A DNA stretch of 64,000 nt from Phoronis australis (Eukaryota > Animalia > Phoronida), in NCBI GenBank assembly GCA_002633005.1, contig NMRA01000053.1:253563-317562 (forward strand). The letters are read 5' to 3'. The notes beneath the pieces were generated by a model that was not told where the DNA came from, did not search any database, and saw only the letters and a program-made list of their open reading frames with translations. Positions 39,166 to 51,666 of this stretch are shown in pieces. Numbering within the stretch: the stretch's first letter is position 1; every line of letters starts with the position of its first letter. The position numbers and the translations under genes were made by a program.

Positions 39166-42100
39166 TTAACAACAGCGTCGTGATACGCCAAAGCTATATA
39201 TTCCCTCGTATGGGGGTAATGATAACCACTCAAGACAGGTGTATCTGAACTGGAAAAATACCCATACGCCAACTGCTGTTGTTTATTCAGGCAAAACCAT
39301 ACTGTGAATTGATTTGGATTCATAGCTTAATTGTCAGGCAAAAGGCACGAACTCATCCAAGAACTTTACCACTAACAGGTGGTGCTGCTTGTTTGTCTTG
39401 TTCTCGTGAAGTCAACCAATAGGGATATTTGACTTTCAGAGAGTTTTAGAGCTTTTTTGTATTTGTAGCGATAATAATTCATTATATATATTCCAATCCC
39501 ACAATCAACTTGTAAAGTGGCATGTTTCAGTTGTGTTTAGACCCTAGAGACATTGTCAATATTCAACGAAATTTGAATTTGCCTTGATAATTCAGTGTAA
39601 AATAGGTGTTTTTACCAAACAAAAATAAATTGTCTTGGTCGTATACAGAAATTGTAACAAATCATTTGATCCATACATCATGAAAAACGATTGTTTCAGT
39701 AGAGGTCATTTTGCACTATGATTAAGCGTAGACAAACACATTAAGCCTTTGCTTACAAAAACAGCTGAATCTTTACCGCCGAGTAAAAATTGCGTGTGTA
39801 ATCAATTTTTAATATTCACAAGCTTTTGCACTGGTTACAATTTACGTCGACCGAGAAAGGCAAAAGTTTAAAGCTTTTTCTGGAACAATTTCACCTGTGA
39901 GCAACTACAAATTTTGTATTATAATTCCCCCAAACAACTCGTGGTTAGGATATAATCGCATACAATCCAGCGCCACCTGTTAGTGGCAAAGCCGGTCACA
40001 TGCCACACGACTTGTTACTGCGTGCAGTGACACCTGTTAGTGGTAAAGCCCAAATGCTTGACTGATACATTTTGCAGTTGCGAGTATCTATGCAGGGATA
40101 TATTGTAATCCTACATTCAAAAGATTAATGGTGATGATTATAAATCGACTCTACCTCCATGCCAACCTTTGAGTCGTGTGAAGCAACAAAACTAAATTGC
40201 GACTCATCAAACTCGTCAGATTCATTGGCAGCATGAAATATGCAGCAACTGCTTGTTTTTGAATTGAAAACATCCCCCAAAAATTTATTGCCAGTTGTTA
40301 GAAACAGTTCATCCTTTTGGTATGTCCCTTAAGGTTTGGCTGTATTGCATCACTGATAACACTAAAGCTCCATGATTGCACAAACAAGGGGTTTGGTCAT
40401 TGTCTTTTATACGCAGGTATATTGATTGTGGTTTATGGTGGGTTTCAGAGGAATTTACAAACTGATAAGGTTAATATAACCTTGTGTAAATTCAGGATGT
40501 TGTGCTTATGTAGAGTTATAGCTTGTTTGTTGGCACTTAATACATGACGTGTTTCTTGGGGTGTGTACCCTATACCGTAGGTCGATCAATGTACGTAAAT
40601 AAATGTTTGTAAACATTTCATCAGTAAACAAGACCATAAATTTCGAGTGAGACCTGAGCTCCATTCGCGTCAGCATTTGAGAATAAAGAATCATTGCATT
40701 GCCTGTTAAGGCACGAAATGCTTCATATTGGAGCTGCTATGGATCGGATTTTTTGGTTCAGTTTGGTTCTCACTGTAAAAAGTGTATTAAACTCCTAGTC
40801 ACTGAAAAATCAAAGGCATTATGGTGTTTATCATTTATGTGGAGACTAAATTATTAAAATCATGAGATCACCCATTTCTTGGTTTTGGAAAATTTGTTTA
40901 GAAATAGTGTTTTTTATTATGTTGGAATAAATAAATATGTTAATTTCAAATAAAATTTTACCCAAAATAAAAGTTTGTATGAAAATCTAATTTTATTCTG
41001 CCACATTTAGTTATACTACCTGCAATTAAGCGAACGAATGAAATTCCACTGTGAAACTGTGTTACTGCACGGGTAATTCAAAATGTTAGTACTTCTACAG
41101 AAACGATAGTTCTGCATTATTTTGATGCTCTTTGTTCCCCATTCTTTATCACGTAGTTTGGGTATTTGTTAACTCATACGTACAGCTGCATTTGCTGGAG
41201 GTGCACTTGACATGGAGCCGCTGATAAGGAGCAAGTGATCCTGCGTGTGTAAGTGCAGCAGACAACGCGGCGGCCATTTTTGTCAACAGTTTGAGAGTTT
41301 GAGCAAGTTGTGTTTGATCAGTTGCTCTGGTGTCAACTCCACATCTAAACACAAACTCAGGCTATTTGGAGGGATCATTTTTTATTGCATAATTTGCATA
41401 ATAGGGTACGTGGAGGTGATCACTATTTTTTAGGAGTTCCCATTCTTAAAGCGAACATGCGTAGACTGTCTTCATATAATTGACTAATCTGTGCTGATCC
41501 AGTTTGCAATAATGTTGTGTAAACGCGACTAAAATCCAGCAACTCGTGCCGCGACAACTCGTGCTGTGGCAAGTGTTCCTTTTGTAAAAACAGCTAAGCA
41601 TGTGTACGAAATTGTGGTTGGAAACATTCTACGTGCAACTGTTTAGCATTCTCAGAACAGAACAGCCTGTTACCCTTCTTTCAAATTTTAATTCTGGTGT
41701 GCAAGACATACCGAGTTGACAGGGATCAAATGTAATTTATTTCATTCATGGACATTTTTAAGATGTTGAAATTTTTGTGTGAGTATCCCCTCTACAGAAC
41801 AATGGCAATTTGATGGGTAGCGTGATTGTCATAAAGAGTTTATAAAAGGCACTGGAGGTATTAATATCCCACTGCTTTAAATGTGTACAAGAATGCAAAC
41901 GCTGTCCTCTAGCTACCCATTTGCCATCTAGTGACCAGGCATATGTCGCCGCTTTGTTCAATGACTGCATGAGATGAGATGAGTTAATTCGCTCTCGTTA
42001 TACAGCTAAAGTCATCTACCATCATCTGTCCTCGTTGTGTACGTATGCTTGGTACTTGAACTGAGCTTGTTTGGGGTCAGTGCACCCGTGCTCTGGTTGC

Positions 42101-42509
42101 AAACCAAAGCGGAACTGTGTAGTGTTTTCTGATGTACTAATCCAAGGGTTTCTCTTCCATTGAAAATGCAGAGATTACGTGGGCAGTGGGCAATGGAGGA
42201 AACGGTTTTCCAAAGAAACAATACGAGATAAAAAAATCATACCTGAGTTGTCAATATCAAGACCCACCCATTCGACCCATTCCTCAGTCACTGCAAAGGC
42301 AGTTGCCCAACATGAAACCAGATAGCCAAATTGCCCTCCGGAAATGATATCTGAAGTTAACAATACACACCCAATTTGGTGGTATGTCCCTACCATCTCC
42401 TTTGGGAAAGCCTCCCTCCTCGTGTGCTTCACAACAAGTTTATTTACTTCTTTGTCACTACTAATGTTGTCGTCATTGTCAGTAAAACTGAGTCTCTGTT
42501 TCATTTCAG

Positions 42510-42632
42510 ATTCCTGTGCGGGTACTCCTTGTAGTGGCCATGGTAACTGTACAGCCCTAAACAGCACCGTTGACGGTCGCAACTTTAGCTGTGCATGCAA
42601 CCCCCAGTACCAGGGACCCACCTGCAGTCAGG
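42510..42632 (+). CDS. Exon 2 of the multi-EGF gene: EGF-like domain
   Basis: tttcatttcAG and GTtagt, 123 nt, phase 1-1; DSCAGTPCSGHGNCTALNSTVDGRNFSCACNPQYQGPTCSQ has six Cys in EGF spacing. Confidence 0.9.
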
Positions 42633-42875
42633 GTTAGTGTAAATGCTATGGAGGTCAACCCACTGTTTAAGGCTGTTCCATAAAACGTAGCAGAAAAATT
42701 AATTAAATATTACAGAAATGTCACAGACATCAGAGAATAAAACTTATAATCGACATATGTCCCGAATAATATGTAAATGATACGTGCGTCACAAGCTCGT
42801 TATCAGAGATATGAAAAAGAAACCGTGGTAGGCATTATAAAGTCTTATTATGACTGATACAATTACAAGTAATAA

Positions 42876-45848
42876 GGCCTTTTCATACTTACTTAACTCC
42901 GGTCTAAGTGGAGCGTAGACGTTAACTGCAAGTTAACTAAACTGTTCATACTGGCTTTGGTAGTTAAGGAACATCGAAGTAAGCAGCAGGTGACGCTGTT
43001 GTCATCGAAGTAATCACAAGGTAGTGCTGCAAGCTAAGATTTTTTAATGTGACAATTTGGGAACATTTACATGTGCTAATTGACATAAAACTTATTTTTA
43101 CCGTGAACGTTCGGGTTAACGCCCATGCTCAGTTAACTGCCCAGCCCCTACTTTAGGTGGATTTTCGATTTAACCGCACACTGCTCAGTTAAGCCCCCCC
43201 CTGCAATTTTCAAAGATTTCCTGTTAAGCGCCCACCTCTCGGTTAAGCGCCCATCCCTGACTTTTAAAGAATGAAGATTTAGCGCCCAGTGCTAAGGAAA
43301 CCTGCGATTCCCCGACTTTTAGAAAAAGATCGATGATCACAATGAGCGCAACGACGCCGGGACTCCGAGACGGTGGTTTAGCAATCTGAATTACAATACA
43401 GGTAACGAGTTATTGTCTTGGGTTATGAACTCACTTCAAAATATAATACTTGAACCTTTTTGTCACTTTATTTTGTTCCCTTGTTTGCAAAGTTTAAGAA
43501 CGCCGCCGGTGTCAAAACCTCCGCCACGCTGAGTTTCCGTCTGCAGTGCACTAGATAACACATATATTCGAAAAAATCAGGCCAGAGAAATGTGGCAATG
43601 GTTTTGCTAACCCTCCAAATTCTCTTAAGGTGGGAAGCTCTCGTATTATGGACAAATCTCACAACTCACGGAAAGATGTCAAATTCTCAATATTTTGATG
43701 AATGTAACTGCCGGGTTATAGAAGATGTGTGGCGACTGAAGGGACAGTACAAGTGCCCTAAGAACCCGTACTGGTCCTAGAAGTGCCTTACTGGATTACC
43801 GATTTCGTTGCTGCCTATCGATTTCTGAATTCAAAGGTTGGCAATAATGTATGTTTCTGTATGATCTTGAGGTAATAAAAAACTGCTAGTCAAATTTTGC
43901 TTTTCGCTTATTGCATCTCAGTCAAACTGGCGTTAGCAGATTTAACTAATGTCGCTGGCTGTTCTTTACTATTTCTTGCGTCAGCCCCCATGTAAGCGTG
44001 ATTGTGTGAATTATCGTTTTCACATCCCCTTTTTAAACATTCAGAATAATTTTGTTTACACATTGGCCAGTTTCAGCCTGACCAAAAATTCTTACCATTC
44101 GAGTCTGAAATATCTACGATGCCTGACTGAAAATTGGCGATAGTGGGTAGGAGGTGCACGCAGCTAGCTACGGGCATGAGCTTAGGGAGCATCGAGCCGG
44201 GAAGAATCGGAACAGACGTGACATCGCAGTTTTGGGGAACATTGGTAATGGAGAAATATCGTAAAGAACTAGGTCTTTCGTAACAACACTGAGCTTAAAA
44301 GTACATAGTCACGCCCGTTTTTGTTACTTAGAGCTAATTCTCTTTTGATGTGTGACTTTGTAGTGGTGCACGTGCGCAAGTTCCCACACTTTGGAGTGCA
44401 TGTTACCTTGACACCAACATGTGATTGACAGGTGACTCACACGTAGGCCCTGCGTGCGTGCTGAATCCCACCGCTATCTTTGGCCATAAAAAACGAGATG
44501 CACATTGAAAGAGGCTGTTATATTACTTGACGGCATTTCCAAGTCACGATTGACAACCGACTGAGTCATTGTGCGCTAACAGCGGGACTGAACAGTGCCG
44601 CAGTGTGATATTGCAAATGATATAAATAGGATAATCTGGACATCTTGCATGAAAAATAAATGTTTTTCCACCACAAAGTTTGGTAAGGTGATTGTTTAAG
44701 AATGAATTGAAACATCGCTGTTTTTTGGTGTTTTATAACATATTTATGCCGTGGCTCGAAATTTTATTCTTGATTGACGAGTGGCTCACGGCTGCTTAAC
44801 TCCGATTCTTGTCTTAGGCCTACTTCTTTGCTGAGCATGTTTGGCGCAACGGCAAGTGAGCCGGGCGGTCGAGATAAAACAGCTAGCCGCAGAACCATAC
44901 GCTGAAAATGTCATTGAGTCATGGAGTGTCGACTATAAACATCCCAGGCAAACACAAAAAAAACATCTGAATTAAGTTTTTCAAACTTTTATTACAACTA
45001 ATTTTAAAACTGCTCTCTGACTATGAACTTAGCAGCTAGTACGAGACTGTAACTGATGTCTGCTGTGACTTCTGCATCACGTGAAGCTTGCACGTGCGCA
45101 CTTAAGCAAGGTCACATCTTGAAATAGTTGCAATCCAAGTAGAGGCTGCGTGGTCACTGGTCGTCTGCGCTCTACAGGGCAAAGTAGCAAGACCGCAGGA
45201 CGGCACGGAGCTTATACTCAGCAATTCTGTGAATTTAATAGTGAATAACTAAGCTGAGGGCAAGACCACCTTTATTGGGATCATCCGCTGCTATGACATT
45301 TTTCCTGTCATGCGGCGACGTGACGATAACGCTCTTTGAAAAGTGCTACGCGTTCTGAGTATGTGTGTGGTGTGGGGACTTAGATCACGAGGTAAGATTA
45401 ACCGCCCAGGGCGGTTGCCTGTCGTAATAAGCGCCCATGTTTGGTTAACCGCCCACCCTGGATTTCTTGAAATTTCACGTTTAAGCGCCCATGTCTGGTT
45501 AACCGCCCACCCCCGATTTTTTGGGCTTGCCAATTTAACCGCCCAGGGCGTTAACCCGAACATTTACGGTAATTGGATTGGTGATTATTCGAGCAAAATA
45601 TAAGCAACTCTTAGCGACTATACTACCCTGAAATTGTTGGCGATAGCAGTGGCACCAGGCGATAACTTTGATGGGACCAAAGTTGACTGTTCATACTCCA
45701 CTGTAGTGTCGACGCTTCACTGTTAAATCCACCTGTTAACTGCTATGTTAATTAGAGCTGTTAAATTTGATCCAGGACCGAAGTTAAGCGCTCATACTGA
45801 CCGTAACTCCCCAAACCATCGACGCGTCGATGTTAGTATTTAAGGCCC
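42876..45848 (+). mobile_element. PIF/Harbinger-like MITE (~500 bp of own sequence) interrupted by family B element
   Basis: taa|ggccttttcatact ... agtatttaaggccc imperfect TIR with TAA-like target; right half homologous to 28997-29180. Confidence 0.6.
43101..45569 (+). mobile_element. Non-autonomous Tc1/mariner/pogo-type DNA element, family B (2.47 kb)
   Basis: TA TSD; TIR ccgt(g/a)aa(c/t)gttcgggttaacgccc; many subterminal ttaa(c/g)cgccca motifs; second copy at 56373-57732; no transposase ORF recognised. Confidence 0.9.
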
Positions 45849-46637
45849 TTTAGATAGGGAATAAAAATAAGTAAAATAAAAAATGATAATCTCTTGTAAG
45901 ATGGGCAATAAAAAAGCGCCACAAGAGATGTTGTAAGACAGCTCAGGCCCATCCATTTCACAAAAAAAATTCAGCAAATGAAATAGAATAATCTCTACAC
46001 AAATATACAAACTAAAAAAAATGAAAATGTACAGACTGCGTCCAAAACAAAGGAAATGATACAGATAAAGAAAGAAAATACTGACTAGACACATGACAAC
46101 AGTAAGCAACTTGACGCTTCAAATGATGCGGGCAGAGTGAAGTAGGGAACCAGTGAAATAATAGGCTAGAAAGGGTCTTGCGGCGAGACAGAAAACCAAC
46201 GCTAAGTAAAACAAAAGAACATCGCATACAAAATACACAATGAACAAAGTAACCTGCAAATCATCTGCAACATTAATTAAATGTCTGTTGCTTTGAAACA
46301 AGTAAGAATTTTTAGAAAGAAATGAAAGCTAATGGTTTTGACATTTACTAGAAGGATTTTTTCGCGATGAAAATGTTTTATTTTGCAGTACGAATTTCTG
46401 AAATTTTCTCTTTCTGTCACCGTGCAAAATGTAAAGACGCTGTCTTCAATGGTTGTTGAAATTTGACTGTAAATTTTGTCAAGAATGTGAACATTGTGTT
46501 GTTTTCTTATTGAAAACTTTGTAGGAGACCTGTTTTTATATGAAAAATGTTTTTAAAGCCTGATGAAGTTATCAAGGATATCCGTTTCAATCATTGTGAA
46601 GCTTTGAACCAAATGTTTTCTATCTGTATGTTTTCAG

Positions 46638-46760
46638 ATGTAAATGAATGTGAGAATAAGACACATAACTGTGATACCAACGCACAGTGTATTAATGTTC
46701 CTGGGGGTTTTAACTGTACTTGTAAAAGTGGTTTCCAAGGAAATGGAAGCAGCTGCACAG
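46638..46760 (+). CDS. Exon 3: calcium-binding EGF domain
   Basis: ttttcAG and GTttgt, 123 nt, phase 1-1; DVNECENKTHNCDTNAQCINVPGGFNCTCKSGFQGNGSSCT fits the cbEGF consensus D-x-N-E-C..C-x-N-x-x-G-x-F-x-C. Confidence 0.92.
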
Positions 46761-48553
46761 GTTTGTTTGTCATATATTTGTCTTGTGGTCGTGGAGCTAA
46801 AAAAAACAGGGCAAGGAGTGTTTCTGGGCCGTATATATATGGCTATATGTCACGTGCTATAGTGTAGTATGTTGTGAAACCTTATTGAAGGGTCCGTTCT
46901 GTAGAAAAATGTGATAATTGGTTACTTCAATTGTTCATTCTTAACTGAGTTAGCCTTTGATATGAGCGCATCGTTAGTGCTGTGTTGCTTAATACATTTC
47001 CTCACCTGCAAACATTGTCATAATTGTTGACTGCCAATCATTTTGTGGGTATCAATTTCATTGCCATTAAGCTGTTGTTAGGGTGATTGGTTATGAGCTT
47101 TGTTAGCAGCGTTTTATGATTGACGTAAATGGTGCACTAATCAGTGGGGAATGTTGGAATGAAGTTTGTGTTGATGATGATGATGGGAATATCAGCCAGT
47201 CATATGACGCTGATGACTAGTGCTGCCACCTGATGATAAAGTGTGGTTTATCTTCATTGTGTGTGACGAAGGGTAATACTTTTGGCTTGATAAAAACAAG
47301 TTTTTAGTATTAGCCGCCTTAGGCTCAGTCCACAGAAATAAAGTTTTTGCCGAGTCGTTTACGTACCATCAGATTCGTTGGCCTCCATGTGATCAGTGGC
47401 CGTTGCTTGGTGAATGTGCCTCATTCATGTGCTAATGAAAACATTAGAAACTGCCCGTTTCATGGCACCTCGTACTTCATCAATAGATTTGTGCAAGAAC
47501 TGTTATCAGGATGCCTGTTTATCAGGAAATCTGTTCTAAAGCTGTATTGTGGAGCAGAATTATCACAATAGCCATGGCTTCATCTTAGTAAAACAATAGC
47601 AAAAATGAACTGTTGTATTGGGAACTAAACGGGTCGTTTTTAACTGGCTGGCTTCTGAAATTGAATTCCTCGTAAAAAGTTAGGTTAGGATCCTTTTTAG
47701 CTGATGAAATACGATAAAAATTAGCTAAAATAGATGCATCAGGTTTGATGAAAGGTTTAATAACTTTTTGGACCATGTTATGTGATTGGCCTACCATTTA
47801 AATCAGACCAAAGACTGATAGAGGGCTTAGCAACAGGCTAGATTAATAGATGGATTTAGCTTTGATTTAGAAACAGCTGGCTGTCCTCTGGAGTTGAAAC
47901 CAAACCAGAGGTTTTGTGCTGGCTATGTATGTAGTATCCTAGCTGTTTTTCCCCTTCAAACACTGTCGAAGTGGGAAACGAACCCAGATATCATTGTCCT
48001 GTTGTCCGGTGATACTTGCAACACATTGTCATGATATCTTCAATGGGTATTGGCTTATGAATTGAAAGATTTAAAATTAGTATTACAGGTGAAATAATGA
48101 CCCAAATGAAATAATTATAACTGAAAGGAATTATGTTCTTTGCCCAAAAGCGTCCATCTCACAGCTAACATTAGTTGTCCATAGATGAGTCATGATATGC
48201 ACAGTATCCTACTCCAGTGATAGTGGAGCTTCTCTGTCATACTGTAGTGGAGACAATCTAGTAGCAACATCATATTGTTCTCATTCATTGGACATTTTGA
48301 TCATATGACTGAGTTAGTGCTTGGGACTTGGCAGAGTAGTCAATCGGTCACACCATAGGTGTTTATTCAATTCCGTACATGTTCTTGTGCAATTTGCTGC
48401 TGGCAAATATCTCTGATAGTTGAGCAAATCTTGGCTATATTCAGGAGAAGGTTATAATGGAAAAACAGCAGTTGGAAAATGTGAAAAGTGCTGTGGGCAG
48501 GTTACCATTTTGTGAAGTTAGAAAATTGTGAAAACTAGTTTGTCAATACGTTC

Positions 48554-48860
48554 TGTGTGTGCAGAATATACTTGTGTGCTAACGCAGTAGGTCGCTTGAT
48601 GTGCTATTTTGTGTGTGTGCTGAATATACTTGCGTGCCAACAGAGAGGGTGTACATCGCTATGTACTATTTTGTGTGTGTGCTGAATATACTTGTGTGCC
48701 AACAGAGAGGGTGTACATCGCTATGTACTATTTTGTGTGTGTGCTGAATATACTTGTGTGCCAACAGAGAGGGTGTACATCGCTATGTACTATTTTGTGT
48801 GTGTGCTGAATATACTTGTGTGCCAACAGAGGGGGTGTACATCGCTATGTACTATTTTGT
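48554..48860 (+). repeat. 62 bp minisatellite (4 near-identical units plus 1 diverged) abutting the exon 4 acceptor
   Basis: Unit gtgtgtgtgctgaatatacttgtgtgccaacagagagggtgtacatcgctatgtactatttt; period 62. Confidence 0.95.
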
Positions 48861-48862
48861 AG

Positions 48863-48988
48863 ATGTGGATGAGTGCAGCACCCCAGTTTCACACAACTGT
48901 GATCCAAACGCAGACTGTACCAATTTTGATGGAGGATTCAACTGTACATGCAAAAATGGTTATACAGGAAATGGAACTAGTTGTGCAG
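48863..48988 (+). CDS. Exon 4: calcium-binding EGF domain
   Basis: ttttgtAG and GTttga, 126 nt, phase 1-1; DVDECSTPVSHNCDPNADCTNFDGGFNCTCKNGYTGNGTSCA. Confidence 0.92.
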
Positions 48989-50119
48989 GTTTGATTCAGA
49001 TGTCATTTCAAATTCATCAAAGGAAATAGTATGCAAGAATAGCTTCGAAGATCTCCACATTTGGGGTCAGAAAAGTGACTTAGAACTCCTGCGTCATATT
49101 TTCTGAAAAAGGCTCAGCTGAGTAATTATAACCACGTCACAGTCTTTAAATAGATGATAGAAATTGTCCCAGTAAGTGGTAGCTCTTTGTACGTACTCTC
49201 AGAGACTTTGCACTTTTGCCGAAGTGAGATTTAATTATTTTTCACAAATAGTGTTTGGAAAAAAAGTCCAAAATTTCTGACTTGAGCCTTCTGTTGCTTT
49301 TCATGGAGCAAACCCTATAAATTATTTCTAAATTCTGATGCTCACATAATTAGTTGGCTAAATTTTTTTCAACAATTGTGAAGTGGGAGGGTACAACCAA
49401 ATTTCTGTCTCAAGTTTTAAGTCGCTTTCATGAAACAGTCCCTTCGCTTAGCAGATCTATTTCTGAAAAATAAATAAATTAATCTCTCTTGAGGAAAGAT
49501 GCAAAGTCTGAGAACATACACTAACTGCTAGTTACGGAGACAATTTCTGTCAATGCTTTCTAGACTGCGATGCGCTCATAATTTCTTGGCTAAATATTCA
49601 TTCCGCTATTGTAAAGCAGGAGTGTAAGACCAAGTTTCTGTCTGAAGTCTTCAGTCAGCTTTGATGAAACAGACCATGACCAATCTGTCATGACTTCTTC
49701 CTTGCTAAGTCGGTTTTGCTTTTTTCTTTGATTTTGTCACAAATTCTCTCATACAGTCAGAAGGCTGAATTTTTATTGAAAAAGCAAGTCCTTTTAAAAG
49801 CTTATCATCTGACATTGCGTAAATGCAATGATCAAATGACTGTTGAAGAAGTCATCAGAACAAGGGCCAGTATTAAGCTATTGCTATTATTAACCTTGGA
49901 AAAGTATGACTACCATGATTTTTATTTCAGCTGTGATCACTGTTGTCTAACATTTAGTAGACATGGACCAACCTGAAAGTTGCATTGAAAAAGCTATTGT
50001 TACAGTCACAAAATATCTATTAGTTGTATGACTGAAAAGGATGAAAAGGCTAACATAGGCAGTGCACACATATTGAAAATAGAATGTTATGAACAATATG
50101 GGTTTCATCACCATTTTAT

Positions 50120-51440
50120 ATGGGCCCACATATGTGGGTGCTTATTGCCGTCTCTGTCTGGGTGTACAGACGTCTGGTGTCGACGGCTTTTCTCTAATTA
50201 CCTTGCATGATCTTTATGAGATTGGGCAAATGTGTTCCTATGAATCTGATGATGAGTTTCAAACTGATCAAACTTAAACTCTGTCTCCTAGAGGCAATTT
50301 TAGTTTTTTACATTTACCTCTGTATGTTGGGAGTTCGTCGATGGATTTTCATGAAATTCGACAAATAGGTCTCTATTAAGGTAATGTAGGGCCGTAGAAA
50401 AATAAATGTCAAAATGAGGCTAACTTTGGAACATTGTATTTCAGAAATTGTTTTTTAAATGTTCCACTTTTTAATGAGTGGCTATAAAAACTTAGAACTT
50501 TTATGATTTTCATGGAAAACTGAAGTGTCATAAATGTAAACAAAATATTTTAGGGAATTTGAAATCTCATCTTGAACATTTATATCAAAAAATTGATCAT
50601 GTAATTGATACTATCAATGTATCTTTCTTTTTTGGTAAATTTTAACAAAAAGACATGGTAACTTGACCCAATTAGTGGCAGATTAGCAAAAAGTCAAAAA
50701 TCAATTCCTACAGGCTTCCTGTTTTCAGAAAATATATAGTTTTACTGAGTTAAAATCTATAATTTTGGAAATATTTGGCTAAATATGCAGATTTGAAGAT
50801 AATATCGTATAACAGTCCCTCATTTTGTGATGTATTCAATGTAATGTGCACCCCTAGTGGTTATTTTTAGTGTCTGGACTTCTTTCTGCCAATTCGCTGG
50901 AAAGATCATTATGAAATTTTACAGATGTTTTCCGATTGAGTTGAGAGCACAATGGATGTTTATTTTTGAATGGGTCCAAATACTGTGGTCAGCCCCTCTG
51001 TGTGGTAGTTGTTTGCCTGTGCCACAATGTGTACCATGGTCCTTGATAGATCTGAAATTTGGTATGTGTGTTATAGTGGAGTACGGTTGATGTTGATTTT
51101 GGAATGTGTTGGACCACTATGGCATCCCCTGGTGGCAATTTAGATTTTCATTGTTTATGACATCTATATCTACCAAGTTCCCAAATGTAATGTCATGAAA
51201 TTTAGCAACGAGTTTCTATCATTGAGACGACAACACTTATCAGCCTTGTTTTGCATGGATTTGGCTTATGCTGGGCTCCCTTGTGGTCTTATTATTATTG
51301 TGTCTGTTTTGTCTTCTGCTTTCCTATCCATCAAGCCGCTCAAAAAATCATGAAACGTGTCAGGTGTGTTGCTATTGAGGGCAGTATGGACGGTGTCAAT
51401 TTTTTAAAATGTGCGATTACGTGGAGCCCCATAGTGTAGA
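50120..51440 (+). mobile_element. Older HINE copy interrupted by the ~400 bp repeat family
   Basis: 5' palindrome gcccacatatgtgggt, decayed gtc repeats, cores with atgaaatt and cc..gtgg motifs; insert at ~50386-50760. Confidence 0.6.
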
Positions 51441-51666
51441 GACAATTATGGACAAAAATTATGGACAAAATTCATCAAATTCTATGATTGTGGCAACCAG
51501 TCAATTAACAATCATTTTGCAGAAAACCTCAACCTGTCTAAAGGTGACAGTGTTCTTTTTCTTGATGGTATGTAGCCAGGTATCAGTCAGCAGAGCAAGT
51601 AAGGCAATGCTTAGGTCCTCTTTGTTATTTCTCACTTTGAAATAAGAAAAACTGGAATTTGGTTAA

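Noticed and set aside
49961-50060. Another EGF pseudo-exon (tagtAG|DMDQPESC)
   Set aside because: Only the first residues resemble DVDEC; cysteine spacing is not recoverable.
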